Program-made: the position numbers and the translations under genes
Notes under the pieces: model-generated
Told to the model about the DNA's origin: nothing
What the model saw: only the letters and a program-made list of their open reading frames with translations
Database searches by the model: none
Source of the DNA: Thermodesulfobacteriota bacterium
GTDB lineage: Bacteria > Desulfobacterota > Desulfobulbia > Desulfobulbales > SURF-16
DNA: 17,136 nt
Assembly (NCBI GenBank): GCA_040755455.1
Contig: JBFMAY010000058.1
Location: 1 to 17,136 of the forward strand
Reading direction: 5' to 3'
Shown here: positions 13,697-17,136 of the stretch, in pieces
Layout of the letters: each line of letters starts with the position of its first letter
Position numbering within the stretch: position 1 is the stretch's first letter

Positions 13697-15418
13697 ATGG
13701 CAGGGTCAATAACAACGCTTGGTATCGGGTCCGGTATAGATCTGCAGGACATGCTGGAGCAGTTGCGGGAAATTGATCAGCAGGTTGTTGACCGCAAGCA
13801 GGATCAAATTACCAGTTTTGAAAATCAACTGGCCGGCCTGACCACGGTAAATAATAAGTTGCTGGCCATGAAAAGCGTTGCCCTGAAGCTCTCTCTATTC
13901 GGGTCTTTTCTGGGCAGAACCGCGACGAGCTCCGATGAAAGTGTGGCCAAGGCGACAGTGGTTGACGGTACGGTTGCCCAGAGTGTCTCGCTGGATATCG
14001 CGAGGCTGGCTGCCCAGAGTTCCTGGTTGTCGGCCCAGGGCATGGCGGATGCTGCTGCAAGTGTTCATGTCCCGGTGAGCCAGGAGTCCACCACCGGTGT
14101 TGCTGACAGCGCCACCGATATCGTCGCCCATGCCGGGGAAACCATGACCATCACCTTCGGCGAGGGCGATGAAATATCCCTGGCTGTTTCTTCGGACATG
14201 ACGATGGACGACCTGGTTGCGGCCATCAATGGGGATACTGAAAATGTAGGAGCCGGAGCCAATGGCCGCCTTGTCACCGCGGAAACATACAGCCTGAGCG
14301 GCGAAACTTTTCTGCGGATCAAAAGCGATGTTGTTGATGGCACGGGTGAGGATAACCGGGTCATGATCAGTGAAGATCTCGCTGATCTTGATTTTGCCGC
14401 CCCGGAGAAGAGTCTTTTTTACCAGGTCGGCGATGGCGACGTAATTGCCATTTCGGTGGCGGCGGATACCACCCTTGCCGGGCTTGCCGACCTGATTAAT
14501 GACGACGCTGACAATCCCGGGGTCACCGCCCAGGTGATTAATGACGGTGATGCGACAACCCCGTACCGCCTGAGTCTTCGCTCAAGCAGCACCGGCGAAG
14601 ATGGGCGGATTACCTTCCTTTCCCAACTTCCCGATATGCTCATGGAGGAGCAGCAAGGCGCGGGTGGCGCGTCGCTTAATGCCCAGTTCTCCATGGATGG
14701 CATCAACTATCAGCGCCAGACCAATTCCGTTACCGATATTATTTCCGGCTTGACCCTGACCCTGGAAGGGGAGGGGACGGCAACAATTACCATCAAAAAA
14801 AATAATACCGCCATCAAGGAAATGATCCAGGAACTCGTTACCGCTTATAATGATGCTGTTTCTGAAATGAAGGCGACCACCGGCTATGACAGCGAAAGCG
14901 AAGAGTTAGGGGTATTGGCACGTACGACAGTCCGGGATTTGCCTGCAACTCTGCAGAGTTTCATGACATCCTCTGTTAATGCGGATGAGGGAGGCAATAT
15001 CAGCTCTCTTTTTGATCTTGGACTGGAATTTAACCGGGACGGATCTATTTCATTAGATGAGGAAATACTCGACCAGGCCATTGAGGATTATCCCGATGGG
15101 GTCAGCGCCTTTTTTCTGGGTGATAGCACCCGTGATATTGAAGGGTTTGCCGATAAGGTGAATAGTCGCCTTCGTTCCATAACCGGCATTACAGGGCAGA
15201 TTGAAGGGGAAAAGGACTCGGCCCAGGCAAGAATTGATGACCTGGAATTAAAAATTGAGCAGGAAAACGACAGGCTGGACAAAAAATATGAATTATTGAC
15301 TAAACAATTTATCGAATTGGACCGATATATGAACCAGATGACATCGCTTTCAAGTTATCTTGCCAACCAGTTTGACAGCATTAGCAATTCATGGACGGGA
15401 ACTGGCAATAACAAGTAA
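13697..15418 (+). CDS. fliD: Flagellar filament cap protein FliD (HAP2)
   Basis: N-terminus ITTLGIGSGID, TATSSDES, NAQFSMDG…RQTNSVTDIISGLTLTL, LVTAYND, LFDLGL and C-terminal KQFIELDRYMNQM. Directly downstream of flagellin. Confidence 0.95.
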   Translation: MAGSITTLGIGSGIDLQDMLEQLREIDQQVVDRKQDQITSFENQLAGLTTVNNKLLAMKSVALKLSLFGSFLGRTATSSDESVAKATVVDGTVAQSVSLDIARLAAQSSWLSAQGMADAAASVHVPVSQESTTGVADSATDIVAHAGETMTITFGEGDEISLAVSSDMTMDDLVAAINGDTENVGAGANGRLVTAETYSLSGETFLRIKSDVVDGTGEDNRVMISEDLADLDFAAPEKSLFYQVGDGDVIAISVAADTTLAGLADLINDDADNPGVTAQVINDGDATTPYRLSLRSSSTGEDGRITFLSQLPDMLMEEQQGAGGASLNAQFSMDGINYQRQTNSVTDIISGLTLTLEGEGTATITIKKNNTAIKEMIQELVTAYNDAVSEMKATTGYDSESEELGVLARTTVRDLPATLQSFMTSSVNADEGGNISSLFDLGLEFNRDGSISLDEEILDQAIEDYPDGVSAFFLGDSTRDIEGFADKVNSRLRSITGITGQIEGEKDSAQARIDDLELKIEQENDRLDKKYELLTKQFIELDRYMNQMTSLSSYLANQFDSISNSWTGTGNNK

Positions 15419-15466
15419 CTTCGTAAAGCATGAAAGAATGGAATTTTGTCCAAAGAGGAGAAAACA

Positions 15467-15958
15467 ATGAATTCAGCTCAAGCCCGTAATGCCTACCGGC
15501 AATCCGAAGCCCAGTCGAAAATTCATCCGGTAAAGCTTATCCACCTCATGTATGAAAGAACCTTGGTTCATCTGGATATGGCTATTGTTGGTATTGAAAA
15601 TAAAAATCCCCAGATGAAAGGGGAAAATCTGGGGAAAGCCATCGCTATTATTGCTGAGCTTAATGCCTCGGTGAAAGAACAAGACGAATCCGAAGCAGCT
15701 CTTTTCCTGCGGGGTCTGTATAATGCGATTCTGGTGGAATTGCCCAAGGCCGCAGTCAATAACGATGCGCAGGTTCTGCGCCAGACCATGACCTATATAA
15801 GTCGCTTGAAGGAAGTATGGGAAGAGACCGCCATGGCCGAAATGGAAAGAAAGGAGAAGGACAAGCTGGAGTCGTCTTACAGCGGATCGACAAGTGAGGT
15901 CTTGGGTGAAGTGGACCGCAAGGCTGCTGCCCACGGCGGATTGTCTTTTTCCATTTAA
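15467..15958 (+). CDS. fliS: Flagellin export chaperone FliS, with C-terminal extension
   Basis: NAYRQ…PVKLIHLMYE…KAIAIIAELNAS…LRGLY…LKEVW. ATG 15467 follows GAGGAG at 15455-15460. Confidence 0.92.
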   Translation: MNSAQARNAYRQSEAQSKIHPVKLIHLMYERTLVHLDMAIVGIENKNPQMKGENLGKAIAIIAELNASVKEQDESEAALFLRGLYNAILVELPKAAVNNDAQVLRQTMTYISRLKEVWEETAMAEMERKEKDKLESSYSGSTSEVLGEVDRKAAAHGGLSFSI

Positions 15959-15972
15959 GAGCAGGCGGAAAC

Positions 15973-16371
15973 GTGAATCGAACAAAAAACATACACGAAG
16001 AGCTTGCCGTTGCGCTCGCGGAGTTTGCCGCAATGCAACGACATCATGGCTCCCTTCTTGCCGAGGGTCGGTTGAAAACCCTTCCTGAGTGGGCCAGGAG
16101 CCGTGAGCAGGCATTTTTGCGTTTACAGCAATGTCTTGCCCGTTTTGATCCGACCATGCTGGATGGGCAAAGTGAGTGCGCGGTGCAACTCAGGGAACTC
16201 ATGGAAGTTATAATAAAGGATGAGCGTTCGCTCAAGATGCAAGTACAAAGTCAGCAGGGAAAAATTCGAGAAAAACTGCAGACATTGCGCCGGGGCAAAG
16301 CAGTGCTTAAAGGATACAGTCTTCATCATGGGGCAGGTCCCAAGCCAAAGTATCTGAGCAGTAAAGCATAG
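15973..16371 (+). CDS. Probable flagellar export chaperone (FliT/FlgN-like helical protein)
   Basis: 132 aa, helical/coiled-coil character, in the fliT position after fliD-fliS. C-terminal LRRGKAVLKGY. GTG start. The assignment is mainly positional. Confidence 0.6.
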   Translation: MNRTKNIHEELAVALAEFAAMQRHHGSLLAEGRLKTLPEWARSREQAFLRLQQCLARFDPTMLDGQSECAVQLRELMEVIIKDERSLKMQVQSQQGKIREKLQTLRRGKAVLKGYSLHHGAGPKPKYLSSKA

Positions 16372-16392
16372 ATCAACAAGCTGGAGGTTGTC

Positions 16393-16812
16393 ATGGATGT
16401 CAACGTAACCACGGATGTCAAGGTGTATGGCGTTCCCGTCGCGTCAACGGTAGCAATGGAAGACGCGACCAAGCCGCCGGTGCAACCTGTGCCTGCAAGC
16501 AGTGAAGGAGCGACGGTCAAGTTGAATGACCAGGCCCTGCATGGTAAGGCAGGCAAAGAGGAGAAAGAACGGAAGGACCTGTCACGAGAAGACCTTGAAG
16601 AGGCGGTCAAGGAGATCGGCAAGCGTCTTGAGACAATCGGCAGCACATTCCGTTTCGGACTTTACAAAGACCTTGAGACAAAAAGCATTGTCGGCCAGCT
16701 GCGCGACAAGATGACAGGCGAGGTCATCAAGCAGTTTCCCGCTGAAGAGGTGCTCAAGCTGCGGGAAAAGCTCCAGGATCTTGTCGGCCTTCTTTTTGAC
16801 GAGAAAGTCTGA
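16393..16812 (+). CDS. flaG: Flagellar protein FlaG
   Basis: C-terminal DKMTGEVIKQFPAEEVLKL…GLLFDEKV is the FlaG signature. GGAGG RBS upstream. Confidence 0.92.
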   Translation: MDVNVTTDVKVYGVPVASTVAMEDATKPPVQPVPASSEGATVKLNDQALHGKAGKEEKERKDLSREDLEEAVKEIGKRLETIGSTFRFGLYKDLETKSIVGQLRDKMTGEVIKQFPAEEVLKLREKLQDLVGLLFDEKV

Positions 16813-16931
16813 GTAGTTCCCTCTTTTTTCAATGAAAATCCGCGGCGATTTCCCTGATCGTCAACGCCCTCGTGCGCCCTGGCTCCGTCAGCCCCTGAGC
16901 CTTTCTTCCCTTTCTCTCCGTATTTTTTCCC

Positions 16932-16960
16932 TTGACAATTGGCTATTCCCCATTTATATA
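16932..16960 (+). promoter_or_regulatory. Putative sigma70 promoter for sat
   Basis: TTGACA (16932-16937), 17 nt, TATATA (16955-16960). The -10 match is imperfect. Confidence 0.55.
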
Positions 16961-17044
16961 CAACTTTCGGAAATGAATAACGGTTCATTATCTGTTAGAG
17001 AGGACATATTCTGACTGTAACTTTATTAAAGGAGACGGAATCAA

Positions 17045-17136
17045 ATGGCAAAATTAGTTGCGCCGCATGGTGGGAAAGGTCTTGTATGCGCACTGCTGCA
17101 TGGCAGTGAGCTGGCTGCTGAGAAAGATAAAGCCGC
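17045..17136 (+). CDS. sat: Sulfate adenylyltransferase (dissimilatory-type Sat), 5' end only
   Basis: Not in the ORF track. AAAGGAGA RBS at 17028-17035, then ATG 17045: MAKLVAPHGGKGLVCALLHGSELAAEKDKA…, matching the recalled N-terminus of deltaproteobacterial Sat (M-S/A-KLV-x-PHGGKGL). Only 30 codons visible. Confidence 0.82.
   Translation, partial: MAKLVAPHGGKGLVCALLHGSELAAEKDKA

Noticed and set aside
15446..15466. Upstream TTG start for fliS
   Set aside because: This stretch contains the GAGGAG RBS for the ATG at 15467.
16811..16830. Possible terminator after flaG (GAG…CTC followed by T6)
   Set aside because: The stem is only about 3 bp, too weak to call.
16832..17014. 60-aa ORF between flaG and sat
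   Set aside because: No RBS or motif, and it overlaps the putative sat promoter; treated as intergenic.

Overview
Bacterial chromosomal window, probably from a Desulfobulbales-type sulfur-cycling deltaproteobacterium (inferred from the Sat N-terminus). Positions 1-~790 are AT-rich and hold a small membrane-protein gene bracketed by 31-bp imperfect inverted repeats. Three minus-strand genes follow (AEC-family transporter, RluA-family pseudouridine synthase, CxxCxxCC/YkgJ-family protein), then tatC, which is frameshifted at a T9 run. Next is a flagellar filament locus: a sigma54-type promoter drives two large TPR enzymes (TPR-GT41 glycosyltransferase-TPR-methyltransferase, and TPR-methyltransferase), divergent from a sigma28-type promoter driving an 804-aa Campylobacter/Helicobacter-like flagellin. 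That flagellin carries a ~330-aa Thr/Ser-rich hexapeptide-repeat insert. Its long leader has an orphan perfect Shine-Dalgarno and a GGA-loop hairpin. fliD, fliS, a fliT-like gene and flaG follow, and sat begins at the right edge. Best candidates for novelty: the repeat-domain flagellin with its putative glycosylation/methylation operon, the fliC leader, and the inverted-repeat-flanked gene. All family calls come from motif recognition by eye; no searches were run.
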